A stretch of DNA of 64,000 nt from Alphaproteobacteria bacterium (GTDB taxonomy: Bacteria > Pseudomonadota > Alphaproteobacteria > UBA828): contig CAXXVO010000018.1 in assembly GCA_963422645.2 (NCBI GenBank), positions 104,700-168,699 on the forward strand, in the 5' to 3' direction. The position numbers were made by a program, and so were the translations under genes. The notes beneath the pieces were generated by a model that searched no databases, had not been told where the DNA came from, and was given only the letters and a program-made list of their open reading frames with translations. The first letter of the stretch is position 1; every line of letters starts with the position of its first letter. Below are positions 1-12,942 of this stretch, in pieces.

Positions 1-153
1 ACCCACCCAAGCAGCTGAGTCGCGCCTGCGGGTTGCACGCGCGGCGTACACCCCCCATATGCTGCTGTCGATAATCATGACCCGGCGCCCTGAGGTTCCG
101 ATTGCCGGCGCAGTGCCTCGTGCTATACATGAGGCGGGTCAGTTGGCGAGTCG

Positions 154-1110
154 ATGAACAGCTATCTCAACTTCGAGAAGCCGGTCGCGGAGATCGAAGG
201 CAAGCTCCAGGAGCTTCGCCACCTCAGCGACGACAGCGGCGTCAACATGCTCGATGAGGTTTCGCGCCTTGAGGGCAAGGTCGACCGGCTGCTGCGGCAG
301 ACCTATAGCCGCCTCACCCCTTGGCAAAAGGCGCAAGTCGCCCGCCATCAGCTCAGGCCCCACTGTTCCGACTACATCTCCCGCCTCGTCTCCGATTTCC
401 TGCCGCTGGCAGGCGACAGAGCCTTTGGTGAAGATCGCGCGGTCATCGGCGGTCTTGGGCGTTTCCGCGGCCACACCACCATGGTCATCGGCCAGGAGAA
501 GGGCGCCGACACGGAGGGCCGGGTCGCGCACAACTTCGGCATGGCGAACCCCGAAGGCTACCGCAAGGCGTCGCGCCTTCTGCGGCTGGCGGAGCGCTTT
601 CAGGTGCCCGTGCTGACGCTGATCGACACGCCGGGCGCCTATCCCGGAATCGGCGCCGAGGAGCGCGGGCAAGCCGAGGCCATCGCGCGCTGTATCGAGG
701 CCTGTCTCGATGTCAGGGTGCCGGTGGTTGCGCTCATCATCGGCGAGGGCGGCTCCGGCGGGGCAATTGCGCTGGGCGTCGCCAACCGCGTGCTGATGAT
801 GGAGCACGCGGTATATTCGGTGATCTCGCCCGAAGGCTGCGCGTCGATCCTGTGGCGCGATGCGGCCCTCGCGGAAACGGCGGCGGAAGCGTTGCGGCTC
901 ACTGCGGACGATCTGCACGGGCTCGGGGTGATTGACAACATCGTGCCGGAGCCCGTGGGCGGCGCCCACAGAGACGCGCCGTGCGCGATCGACGAGGCCG
1001 GTGCAGCGCTTGAGACGGCGTTCGCCGACCTGCGTGGCCTCGACGGCTCGGCGCTTCGCAGCTACCGGCGGGAGAAGTACCTGGCACTCGGCAGCATCGC
1101 CGAAGGCTAG
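154..1110 (+). CDS. accA: Acetyl-CoA carboxylase carboxyltransferase subunit alpha
   Basis: 318 aa; YLNFEKP start, FGMANPEGYRKA, TPGAYPGIGAEERGQ, GEGGSGGA, SVISPEGCASILW motifs. Confidence 0.97.
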   Translation: MNSYLNFEKPVAEIEGKLQELRHLSDDSGVNMLDEVSRLEGKVDRLLRQTYSRLTPWQKAQVARHQLRPHCSDYISRLVSDFLPLAGDRAFGEDRAVIGGLGRFRGHTTMVIGQEKGADTEGRVAHNFGMANPEGYRKASRLLRLAERFQVPVLTLIDTPGAYPGIGAEERGQAEAIARCIEACLDVRVPVVALIIGEGGSGGAIALGVANRVLMMEHAVYSVISPEGCASILWRDAALAETAAEALRLTADDLHGLGVIDNIVPEPVGGAHRDAPCAIDEAGAALETAFADLRGLDGSALRSYRREKYLALGSIAEG

Positions 1111-1121
1111 ACTCCCGGCCG

Positions 1122-2885
1122 ATGACGAACGTGGATCCCATCACGCTCCAGGTCATCGGCGGCGCCCTCCACACGATCGCGAAAGAAATGGGGCATGTGC
1201 TCTACCGCATGTCCTACTCGTCGATCATCCGCGAATCCGAGGATCTCGGCGCCGGTCTCTTCGACCGTGACTTCAACACGCTCTGCGAATCGGACTCGAC
1301 GCCGATGCACATCGGTTCCATCCCCGGCTATCTGCGGGGGGTGGAGCGCACCATGTACGGCGATTGGCACCCCGGCGACGTGGTGCTGCACAACCATCCC
1401 TATCACGGCGCAAGCCACGTGCCGGATATCTGCTGTATCGCGCCGGTATTCTTCGAAGGAGAGCTGGTCGGGTTCTCCGCCAACACGGCTCACCACGTGG
1501 ACCTTGGCGCTGCGAGTCCGGGCATCGTCATCGACATCCCCGACGTCTATGCCGAAGGTATGCTGTTCTCTGGCATCAAGCTCTACGAGGAAGGCAAGCT
1601 CAACCGCGCGCTCTGGCAGCATATCCAGACCAACACGCGGGTGCCGCGCGACGTCTCCGGAGATATCGAGGCGCAGGTCGCCTCGGCCGAGCTCGGCGTG
1701 CGCCGCTTTCGCGAGCTCTTTGAGACCTACGGCAAGGCGACCGTCGATGCCGCGACCGCAGAGCTTATGGACTATTCCGAACGGATGCTGCGCCGGCGTA
1801 TTCGCGAGATCCCCGACGGAGACTACATGGCGGAGGGTTTCCTCGACGATGACGGGGTCGACCGGGAGACGCGGTTGCCGGTCAAGGTCACGGTGAGCAT
1901 CAGGGGCGATTCCGCCGTGGTCGATACAACCGGATCGTCGCAACAGGTGCCGACCGCCTACAACGTGCCCTTCGAGGGCTCGACCAAGGTTACGTGCTAT
2001 TTCGCCTTCCGCGCCCTTCTGCTCGATACCTACACCACCAGCGAATACATCCCGCAGAACGAGGGTTCGTTTCGTCCCATCGAGGTGATTTCGCCCGCGG
2101 GCTCGATTTTCAACCCGACCTTCCCGGCCGCCTGCCAGTCGCGCTTCTCCCAGTGTCAGCGGCTGGTGGACCTCATCAGCGCCGCGCTCGCCCCGGTGAT
2201 CCCGGACAAGGTGACCGCAGGCTGCGGCGCGACCCTCTCCGCCTTCGCGTATTCCGGGGTCAGGCCCGGTGGCGATTACTGGATTCTGGTCGAGATCAAC
2301 GAGTCGGCGTACGGCGGTCGTCCGGCCTCCGACGGGCCGGATTCGATCGACGAGCTGATGCGCAACACGCGCAATAATCCGATCGAAGACCTCGGCATGC
2401 ACCTGCCGCTGATTTGCGACCGCTACGAACTTCGCGACGATGTGCCGCCGGGCGCGGGCCGCTACAGGGGCGGCCTCGGCATCGTCAAGGTGCAGCGCTT
2501 CCTGACGCCAGGTTATGTGGTGCACGAGGCCGACCGCCACGAGGACGTGCCTTGGGGCTTCCTCGGCGGTGAGCCGGGCACGGTCGGCAGACTGGAGCAG
2601 TGGAACGTTGCGGCGCCCGAGGAGGTGGTGAACTGGCCCGCCAAGGTACCGGCGACGCCGACCGAAGCCGGCGATTGCATTGCCGTCTACACGCCGGGTG
2701 GCGGCGGATACGGCGACCCGTTGGAGCGTCCGTCCGATCAGGTGCGCGCCGATGTCGCCGACGGCTACTACAGCCAAGCTCACGCCTATGACGCCTACGG
2801 GGTCGTCATGAACGAGGCGCTCTCGGTCGATTTGGCGGCTACCGAGGTGCGACGCGCAGAGCTTCGCGCGGCGGCGGCGGCGTAG
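1122..2885 (+). CDS. Hydantoinase B / oxoprolinase family protein
   Basis: 587 aa; DPITLQVI, YSSIIRES, NHPYHGASHVPD, HHVDLG, GAGRYRGG, TPGGGGYGDP motifs. Confidence 0.92.
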   Translation: MTNVDPITLQVIGGALHTIAKEMGHVLYRMSYSSIIRESEDLGAGLFDRDFNTLCESDSTPMHIGSIPGYLRGVERTMYGDWHPGDVVLHNHPYHGASHVPDICCIAPVFFEGELVGFSANTAHHVDLGAASPGIVIDIPDVYAEGMLFSGIKLYEEGKLNRALWQHIQTNTRVPRDVSGDIEAQVASAELGVRRFRELFETYGKATVDAATAELMDYSERMLRRRIREIPDGDYMAEGFLDDDGVDRETRLPVKVTVSIRGDSAVVDTTGSSQQVPTAYNVPFEGSTKVTCYFAFRALLLDTYTTSEYIPQNEGSFRPIEVISPAGSIFNPTFPAACQSRFSQCQRLVDLISAALAPVIPDKVTAGCGATLSAFAYSGVRPGGDYWILVEINESAYGGRPASDGPDSIDELMRNTRNNPIEDLGMHLPLICDRYELRDDVPPGAGRYRGGLGIVKVQRFLTPGYVVHEADRHEDVPWGFLGGEPGTVGRLEQWNVAAPEEVVNWPAKVPATPTEAGDCIAVYTPGGGGYGDPLERPSDQVRADVADGYYSQAHAYDAYGVVMNEALSVDLAATEVRRAELRAAAAA

Positions 2886-2924
2886 CCCGCGTCGCAGCCC
2901 ACACTCGAACTGCCGACTAAGACT

Positions 2925-3698
2925 TTAGCGAGAGACCTGGGCCAGCCGCAGATTGCGGATGCGCCGGCTCGCGATCTCGGCGCGCACGCGCGGGATCAGC
3001 ACGGTCAGATAGTAGGCCATGAAGCCTACCGCCATCAGCAGCAGCGGCGCGACCATGGAGCTGTCGATCGACGGCGCGTCGATCTTCGAGATCGTCGCCG
3101 GCTGGTGCAGGGTGTTCCACCAGTCGACCGAATACTTGACGATGGGGATGTTGACCACGCCCACCAGCGCCAGGATAGCGGCGACGCGGGCGCCCTTGGC
3201 GGGATCGTCGAAGGCGGCGTGGAGCGCGATGTAGCCGAGATAGAGGAAGAAGAGCACCAGCATCGAGGTGAGCCGCGCGTCCCACACCCACCAGGTGCCC
3301 CACATGGGTTGACCCCAGAGCGACCCGCTCAGGAGTGTGATGAAGGTAAAGGCTGCGCCGACCGGGGCGCTCGACTTCGCCACAAGGTCGGCGAGCGGAT
3401 GCCGCCAGACGAGGCTGGCCGCGCTGCAAAGCGCGATCACGACGTAGACGAAGAGCGACATCCACGCCGCCGGCACGTGGACGAAGATGATCCGGTAGGC
3501 GTCGCCCTGCTGATAGTCGGGCGGCGCCACGTAGAGGCCGAGCACAAGGCCGGCAACGATCAGCCCTGCCGTCGCACCCGCGGCCCATGGATAGACCGCG
3601 CGCGCAACACGGAGGAAGCGTGCCGGGTTGGCGAAAAAGTGGATGCTGGTCCATCCGGTTCTCCCTCGCTTCGTCGCGCCCGTTGCCCGTGTCGCCAT
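2925..3698 (-). CDS. ccmC: Heme exporter protein C
   Basis: HVPAAW, WGQPMWGTWWVWDARLTS (WWD motif), WWNTLHQ; start placed at ATG 3698, uncertain. Confidence 0.95.
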   Translation of the reverse strand: MATRATGATKRGRTGWTSIHFFANPARFLRVARAVYPWAAGATAGLIVAGLVLGLYVAPPDYQQGDAYRIIFVHVPAAWMSLFVYVVIALCSAASLVWRHPLADLVAKSSAPVGAAFTFITLLSGSLWGQPMWGTWWVWDARLTSMLVLFFLYLGYIALHAAFDDPAKGARVAAILALVGVVNIPIVKYSVDWWNTLHQPATISKIDAPSIDSSMVAPLLLMAVGFMAYYLTVLIPRVRAEIASRRIRNLRLAQVSR

Positions 3699-3721
3699 GC
3701 TTGGTCTCGACCTTCCCCGAC

Positions 3722-4390
3722 CTATTCCACCGTCATGCGTAGCGCCGCGGCCGCCGCCAGCGGTCCCAGTACCAGCGCGCCCACCAACCCGCCCGCCAAA
3801 ATCGACAGGTTCGCGTGCACGCCGACGTCTAGCACCGCGCCTTCCACCGCGCCCACGCCAAATATGAGAACAGGAACATAGAGCGGCAAGACCAGAAGCG
3901 CGACCAGCGCGCCGCCGCGGCGCAAGCTCACGGTTAGTGCCGCTCCTACCGCTCCGATCAGGCTGAGGATCGGTGTACCGATCAGGAGCGAGACGATCAG
4001 GATGACGAGGCCATCCGCGCTCATGTTCAGCAGGAGCGCGAGCACCGGCGCGGCGACAGCGAGCGGAAGCCCGGTCGTGAGCCAATGCGCGACCGTCTTG
4101 GCCAGCACGACGAACTCCAGCGGCAGCGTGCCGAGCATCAGTTGCTCGAGGCTTCCATCCTCATGGTCGGCGACGAAGAGGCGGTCCAGCGAAAGCAGCG
4201 CCGCGAGGAGCGCCGCAACCCAGATGGCGCCGGGCGCGATTCGACTGAGCAGGCCGAGCTCCGGCCCGACGCCGAGCGGAAATAGTGTCACCGCGATGAC
4301 GAAGAAGACCACCGTCATCAGGGTGCCGATGCCGCCCCGCACCGCGAGGGTCAACTCACGCCCGATGAGCCGGAGGAAGACCCCTACCAC
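3722..4390 (-). CDS. ccmB: Heme exporter protein B
   Basis: Hydrophobic; LFPLGVGP, DHEDGSLEQL, LPLYVPVLIFG; GTG start at 4390 overlaps the ccmA stop. Confidence 0.93.
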   Translation of the reverse strand: MVGVFLRLIGRELTLAVRGGIGTLMTVVFFVIAVTLFPLGVGPELGLLSRIAPGAIWVAALLAALLSLDRLFVADHEDGSLEQLMLGTLPLEFVVLAKTVAHWLTTGLPLAVAAPVLALLLNMSADGLVILIVSLLIGTPILSLIGAVGAALTVSLRRGGALVALLVLPLYVPVLIFGVGAVEGAVLDVGVHANLSILAGGLVGALVLGPLAAAAALRMTVE

Positions 4391-5175
4391 TCGTCGTCCT
4401 CCGGCCTGGCCTCGCGGTCGGCCAGCAACATGTCGGCGGGGACGGCGTGATCTCCGAGGTCGAGGCGATTGGCGCCGTCGAGCGCGATCTCGCCGTGGGT
4501 GGCCACGATCACCATGCCGCCATCGGCCCGGTGGGCGGCGATCATGGTTGCGACCCGGGCAGCGGACTCTGCGTCGAGCGTGACCGTCGGCTCGTCGAGC
4601 AGCCAGAGCGGCGCAGGCGTCGCCAGAGCCCGCGCGAGCGCGAGCCGCCGCCGCTGACCCGCCGAGAGATAGCGTCCCGGCACGTCGGCCAACCCCTTGA
4701 TGCCGAGCACCTCGAGCGCTCCGGGCGCGGCCCGCGCAGCGCCCCTGAAGCGCGCCCAGTCGTCCAGATTCTCCGCGACCGTGAGCGTCGGCTTCACCGC
4801 ATCGAGATGGCCGACATAGTGGAGTCGGCCGCGATGCGCGGCCCAATCCTCATCGACCGGCGCACCGTCCCAAGTAAGTGTTCCGCCAGCTGGCCGCAGC
4901 AAGCCACAGAGGATGCGGAGCAGGCTCGACTTGCCCGCGCCGTTAGGACCCACGAGGGCAAGCGCGCCGCCCGGCTCGAGGCGGAACGAGACCCCGGAGA
5001 AGACCGGGCGCTCACCACGGATGCAGGCCACGTCGTGCGCCTCGAAACAGTTGGCGCGCGGCGCAGTGCGTGACTCTGGTGAGGTATGCGGGCTAGCCGG
5101 GCCGGGAATCTTGCACCCCTCTCCGGTCGGGCCTAGAAGATCGGGGAAGGCCAAGCCTATCGGTGGTGTGTGCAC
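4384..5175 (-). CDS. ccmA: Heme exporter ATP-binding protein A
   Basis: Walker [17 protein letters not shown] signature, LWLLDEP; upstream of ccmB; true start probably downstream of 5175. Confidence 0.9.
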   Translation of the reverse strand: MHTPPIGLAFPDLLGPTGEGCKIPGPASPHTSPESRTAPRANCFEAHDVACIRGERPVFSGVSFRLEPGGALALVGPNGAGKSSLLRILCGLLRPAGGTLTWDGAPVDEDWAAHRGRLHYVGHLDAVKPTLTVAENLDDWARFRGAARAAPGALEVLGIKGLADVPGRYLSAGQRRRLALARALATPAPLWLLDEPTVTLDAESAARVATMIAAHRADGGMVIVATHGEIALDGANRLDLGDHAVPADMLLADREARPEDDEW

Positions 5176-5225
5176 GCGGCAAGAAGCCGTGCGCGGCGCG
5201 CCGTGCCGGAAGAAGGAGCAACTCG

Positions 5226-7922
<2,697 letters not shown>

Positions 7923-7940
7923 GCGATTGGCTGCCAGCCT

Positions 7941-9593
7941 CTATTCGGCGGCCTGGTCGGCCGTCGGATCACTCAGCCTTTCGAGCGCGAGCTTGCGGAG
8001 CTTGTGCTTCTGCACCTTGCCGCTCGCGGTCATGGGGAACGCCTCGACCGACAACACGTGGCGCGGGCTCTTGAAGCTCGCTATTCGGCCCTTGCAGTAG
8101 GCGGCGATCTCCTCGCTGGCGAGGGTCTTGCCGGGCGCCGGGACAGTGAAAGCTACGGCGACCTCGCCCAGCCGCGCGTCGGGATAGCCCACCACCGCCA
8201 CCTGGTCGATCGCCTCATGGGCCATGAGGAAGGCCTCGACCTCCGCCGGCGAGACGTTCTCGCCGCCGACCCTGAGCTGGTCCTTGAAGCGACCGACGAA
8301 GCGGATGTGCCCGTCGGCGCGGAGCACCACCGTGTCGCCGGTGTGCAGCCAGCCATCGCTGTCGATGGCCTCGGCAGTCTCCTCGGGCTTCTCGTAGTAG
8401 CCTTGGGTGATCATGTAGCCGCGAATCAGGAGCTCGCCTTCCTCGCCGACCGAGATCTCCTGGCCGGTCTCTGAATCCACGACCTTGATCTCGAAGCCCG
8501 GCGCCGGATAGCCCGAGGCATCCGAGCGCTGCTCCGGCGTCGAGTTGCCGAAGGACATGGTGGCGAAGGTGAAGGTCTCGGTCATGCCCCAGCCGGTGAA
8601 GGTGGGCAGCATCTCGGTCTGCACCCGCCGCGCAATGCGGGCCGAGCTGGTCATGCCGGAGGGAAAGGTGCCGAAGCGCAGGCTGGAGATGTCCCGCGGG
8701 GTCCGCTCGAGCGAGTCGAGATACTCCTTGTAGTGGGTATCGAAGCCGTGGGTGATCGTTCCGCCCTCGGCTTCCACCAGCCGCATGCACTCGTCGGCGT
8801 CGAAGCGGTCCATCAGCACGTGCTTGCAGCCAGCGATCACTGCGATCAGCCCGGCCTCGCTGAAGCCGTACATGTGGAAGAGCGGCAGCGGGTTGACGAT
8901 CACGTCCTCGAACATGAGGCCGATGCGGTTGGCCCGCTCGCGCATGTTTCGAATCATCAGGTGGGTATGAAGCACGCCCTTGGGATGCCCGGTTGTGCCG
9001 GAGGTGTAGCCGATCATCACGGGCTGGTCGGGATCGACCGTCTCTGCACGGGTGGCGAGCGCCGCATCGCTCACCGCCTCGCCGCCGTCGAGCATTGCCT
9101 GCCAGCCCACCGTGCCGGGCACGTCGCTCTCGCCCACCACGACCAGACGGCGAAGCCGGGGGAAGCCATCGATGGCGGCCGCTCGCGGGTCCTGCTCCGC
9201 AAGCCCTGGCAGCACGTCCGCCAGCATGGCCGCGTAGTCGACCGGGCCGGAACGGTCGACGCTGATCCAGGTTCCGCTGTCGGATTGCCGCACCGTGTAG
9301 GCCACGTCGTCAGTGCGGTAGCGGGTGTTGAGCGGCACCAGCACGGCACCGACCTTGGCGATGGCGAAGGTGAGGAAGAGCCATTCCGGCCGGTTGTTCA
9401 TCCAGAGCGCGACGTGCTCGCCATTCTCGACTCCGAGCGCCATCAACCCCTTGGCGACGCGGTCTACCTCCCGGTCATATTCATTGTAGGTCCAGCGCTC
9501 GCCGTCGCAGACCAGCGCCTCGCGTGCGCCCCAGCGGCGGGCCGCCTCCGCCGGCAGGTCGCCCAGCCGTTCCTTCGGGTACCAGTCGCCCAT
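7941..9593 (-). CDS. AMP-binding acyl-CoA synthetase
   Basis: 550 aa; YTSGTTGHPKG, GWGMTET, GWLHTGD, GGENVSPAEVE, TASGKVQK. Confidence 0.92.
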   Translation of the reverse strand: MGDWYPKERLGDLPAEAARRWGAREALVCDGERWTYNEYDREVDRVAKGLMALGVENGEHVALWMNNRPEWLFLTFAIAKVGAVLVPLNTRYRTDDVAYTVRQSDSGTWISVDRSGPVDYAAMLADVLPGLAEQDPRAAAIDGFPRLRRLVVVGESDVPGTVGWQAMLDGGEAVSDAALATRAETVDPDQPVMIGYTSGTTGHPKGVLHTHLMIRNMRERANRIGLMFEDVIVNPLPLFHMYGFSEAGLIAVIAGCKHVLMDRFDADECMRLVEAEGGTITHGFDTHYKEYLDSLERTPRDISSLRFGTFPSGMTSSARIARRVQTEMLPTFTGWGMTETFTFATMSFGNSTPEQRSDASGYPAPGFEIKVVDSETGQEISVGEEGELLIRGYMITQGYYEKPEETAEAIDSDGWLHTGDTVVLRADGHIRFVGRFKDQLRVGGENVSPAEVEAFLMAHEAIDQVAVVGYPDARLGEVAVAFTVPAPGKTLASEEIAAYCKGRIASFKSPRHVLSVEAFPMTASGKVQKHKLRKLALERLSDPTADQAAE

Positions 9594-9611
9594 GCCGTAC
9601 CTTGCTGCCCC

Positions 9612-12059
9612 CTAGCTCCGCAACCGCTCGCCCGCCGGGTCGTAGAAGGGCGCGAGCGACATCGTCGCCGGCACGCGCTCGCCGGCGATATCGACCTCGT
9701 AGGCGCCCTCGTCGAGGGTCTGCCACCGGCGGGGCTGCTCGCTCAGGAGGTAGCCCATGCCGACCGGCCTGTCGAAGCTGTAGCCGAAGGCTGCCGAGGT
9801 AATGCGGCCCGCGACCCTGTCGTCCAGGTAGATCGTCTCATCGTGGAACATGAAGGGCTCGGCCTTCTCCAGCATCACGTGCACGAGGCGCGCGGTGAGC
9901 CCTTCCTCGCGCTGGCGTTCCAGCGCCGCGCGGCCGATGAAGTCGGCATCCTTCTTGAACGATACGGCGAAGCCGAGACCGGCCTCCAGCGGGGTCTCAG
10001 CCTGGGTGATGTCGTGGCCCCAGTGGCGGTAACCCTTTTCGCTCCTCAGCGAATCCATCGCGTGGATGCCGCAGAGCCCGACGCCGAGATCGGCTCCCGC
10101 CTCCATTAGCCGGTCGAAGACCGGCACGACGTACTCGGTCGCGATGTGCAGCTCCCAGCCTAGCTCGCCCACGTAGGAGGCCCGCATCGCCCTCGCGTGC
10201 GCGTAGCCGATGTCGATCTCGCGGCAGGTGCCGAAGGGGAAGGCCTCGTTGGAGAGATCCGCATCGCTGACCCGCCCGAGCAATGTTCTGGCGTTGGGCC
10301 CCATCACGGCAAGCACCCCGGAGCCCGAGGTCACGTCAGTCACGTAGACTTGTGCGCCGTCGCTCAGGTTTCGCTCGATCCAGGTGAGGTCGCGGGTCTG
10401 CGAGCCGGCCGAAGTCACCACCAGGTAGCGGTCGTCGGCGAGCCGGGTCACGGTAAGGTCCGCTTCGATCCCGCCCCGCCTGTTGAGGAGCTGCGTGTAG
10501 ACAATTTTGCCCGCCGGCACCGCGACATCGTTGGCGCAGAGGCGCTGCAGCTCGCGCTCGGCATCCGGCCCCTGCACCAGGTACTTGGCGAACGAGCTCA
10601 TGTCGAGGATGCCGACAGCCTGGCGCACGGCGCGGTGTTCCTCCCGCACACAATCGAACCAGTTCTGCTTGCCGTAGGCGTATTCATAGGCCGGCTCCAC
10701 GCCTTCGGGTGCGAACCAGTTGGCACGCTCCCACCCTGCCGCCTCGCCGAAGCACGCGTTGTGGGCCGCGAGCCGCGCGTGGAGCGGGCTGAGCCTCACC
10801 GGGCGCGCGGTCTCCACCTGGCGATGGGGCCAGTGCATCTGGAACAACAGGCCCAGGCTCTCCTTCGTGCGGTCGACCAGATAGCGGCGGTTGTTCTGGA
10901 AGCGGGCGAAGCGGGAGATGTCGAGCTCGGCGAGATCCACGGTCGGCTGCCCCTCCACGATCCACTCCGACATCACCTTGCCGGCGCCGGCGGCGCTGAG
11001 GATGCCCTGCGAGTTGAAGCCGGCGGCGACGAAAAAGCGCGCAAGCTCCGGCGCCTCGCCGAGCACGAACTTGTTGTCCGGCGTAAAGCTCTCAGGCCCG
11101 TTCATGAAGCGGCGGATCGGTGCCCGCTCGAGCACCGGCAGGAGCTCGATGGCGTTGGTCATCGGCAGCTCGAAGTGATCCCAGTCCTCCGGCAGCTCCA
11201 CGAACTCGGCGCCCTCGGGCAGCTTCTCGAGCGGCAGCGGCTTGGCCACGGGTTCGAAGCTGCCGACGAGCAGGCGGCCTGCGTCCTCCTTCACGTAGAT
11301 GTAGCCGTCGGTTTCTCGGATGATCGGCGCATCGGGCGAGAGCCCCTCGATCGGCTCGGTGACCACGTACATGTGTTCGGCGGCGTAGAGCGGCACGTTC
11401 ACGCCCGCCATCTGCCCGATCTCGCGCGCCCAGACGCCGCCGCAGTTGACGACGGTCTCGCAGGCGATGGTGCCTTGCGCGGTGCAGACTCCGGAGACCG
11501 CTCCGTTTCTGTGCTCGAAGCCGGTGACGGCTGTCTCCTCGAAGATGCGCGCGCCCCGCGACCGGGCGCCCTTGGCGAGCGCCATCGCGGTATCGACGGG
11601 ATTGGTCTGGCCGTCGCCGGGAATGTAGATCGCGCCCTTGATCCGCGAGACGTCCATCAAGGGGTAGAGCGATGCCACCTCGTTCAGCCCGACCTCGTAG
11701 GTCTCGACGCCGAAGCAATCGCCGAGGGCGGCCATGCGCCTGACCTCGGTGAGCCGTTCTTCGGTGCGGGCAATGGGCAGGCTGCCCTTGCGGCGGAAAC
11801 CGGTGGCCTGGCCGGTTTCGGCCTCCAATGACTCGTAGAGGCCGACGGCATAGCGCGCGAGCTCGGTCAGCGTCGAGGTCGCGCGTAGCTGATTCACGAG
11901 GCCTGCGGCGTGCCACGAGGTGCCGCCGGTGAGATGACCTCGCTCCAGAAGGACCACGTCCCGCCGCCCGAGCTTGGTCAGATGGTAGGCCATGCTGCAG
12001 CCGATGATGCCGCCGCCGACAATCACCACCTCGGCCTGAGTCGGTAACGCTCCGGTCAT
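9612..12059 (-). CDS. GcvT-family FAD-dependent oxidoreductase (sarcosine/dimethylglycine dehydrogenase-like)
   Basis: 815 aa; GGGIIG dinucleotide motif, GTSWHAAG, NGPESFTPD, C-terminal aminomethyltransferase domain (SYVGELGWEL, SLRSEKGY). Confidence 0.92.
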   Translation of the reverse strand: MTGALPTQAEVVIVGGGIIGCSMAYHLTKLGRRDVVLLERGHLTGGTSWHAAGLVNQLRATSTLTELARYAVGLYESLEAETGQATGFRRKGSLPIARTEERLTEVRRMAALGDCFGVETYEVGLNEVASLYPLMDVSRIKGAIYIPGDGQTNPVDTAMALAKGARSRGARIFEETAVTGFEHRNGAVSGVCTAQGTIACETVVNCGGVWAREIGQMAGVNVPLYAAEHMYVVTEPIEGLSPDAPIIRETDGYIYVKEDAGRLLVGSFEPVAKPLPLEKLPEGAEFVELPEDWDHFELPMTNAIELLPVLERAPIRRFMNGPESFTPDNKFVLGEAPELARFFVAAGFNSQGILSAAGAGKVMSEWIVEGQPTVDLAELDISRFARFQNNRRYLVDRTKESLGLLFQMHWPHRQVETARPVRLSPLHARLAAHNACFGEAAGWERANWFAPEGVEPAYEYAYGKQNWFDCVREEHRAVRQAVGILDMSSFAKYLVQGPDAERELQRLCANDVAVPAGKIVYTQLLNRRGGIEADLTVTRLADDRYLVVTSAGSQTRDLTWIERNLSDGAQVYVTDVTSGSGVLAVMGPNARTLLGRVSDADLSNEAFPFGTCREIDIGYAHARAMRASYVGELGWELHIATEYVVPVFDRLMEAGADLGVGLCGIHAMDSLRSEKGYRHWGHDITQAETPLEAGLGFAVSFKKDADFIGRAALERQREEGLTARLVHVMLEKAEPFMFHDETIYLDDRVAGRITSAAFGYSFDRPVGMGYLLSEQPRRWQTLDEGAYEVDIAGERVPATMSLAPFYDPAGERLRS

Positions 12060-12280
12060 CGCTCCCTCGCCCGCATGCGGCCTCCCATAGCGCGACGCAC
12101 CATGCCGCTGCCGGATTCCCTAGCACGGCCGCACGCAGCGGAAAACGGAAGGGACGGAGCCGACGCAAATGCAGCGAACCAGCGCCCCGCGCCAGGTTTG
12201 CATTCATGCGACGCTCTTCGCATAGTGCGCGCCAACCGGGGTCGGCACGGCAACCGAACATCCAAGAGGAGAGGGAATCA

Positions 12281-12766
12281 ATGGCAGTTAGCGCGGGCGA
12301 CAAGATGCCGTCGGTCAACTTCAAGATGTTGACGGCGGACGGGCTCTCGGACGTATCGAGCGACGACTATTTTGGGGGCAAGAAGACTGCGCTCTTCGCC
12401 GTCCCCGGCGCATTCACGCCGACCTGCTCGGCCAAGCATGTACCGAGCTTCCTGGCGCAGGCCGACGCGCTCAAGGCCAAGGGCGTGGACCAGATCGCCT
12501 GCGTGTCGGTCAACGATGCGTTCGTGATGAAGGCCTGGGGCTCGGATACGGGAGCCACCGATGCCATCGACATGCTGGCCGACGGCAACGGCGAGTTCGC
12601 ACGGGCGACGGGGCTGACCCTCGACGGCACCGGCTTCGGCCTCGGCGAGCGGACGACCCGCTTCTCCATGATCGTCGACGACGGCACGATCACCGCCCTC
12701 AACGTGGAAGAGAACCCGGCGGAGATGGACGTGAGCAGCGCGGAGCACATGCTCTCGCAGCTCTGA
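12281..12766 (+). CDS. Peroxiredoxin, Prx5-type (redoxin)
   Basis: VPGAFTPTCSAKHVP, CVSVNDAFVM, LADGNGEF; ATG 12281 after GAGGGA. Confidence 0.93.
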   Translation: MAVSAGDKMPSVNFKMLTADGLSDVSSDDYFGGKKTALFAVPGAFTPTCSAKHVPSFLAQADALKAKGVDQIACVSVNDAFVMKAWGSDTGATDAIDMLADGNGEFARATGLTLDGTGFGLGERTTRFSMIVDDGTITALNVEENPAEMDVSSAEHMLSQL

Positions 12767-12942
12767 TCCCGCCCGTCCCCGCGCAGGCGCCTGCAAAAGG
12801 CGCTTGCGCGGCGGGCTGCGCTCACCACATTGTCGTCTATCGGCGGCCGCCACGGCGCGCGGTGGGCCGCTCGACCCCAGTTTGACAAGACCGCGCCTGC
12901 CCAAGCGCCGGCGCGAGGTCGCTCAGGAGGAGACATCAGGCA

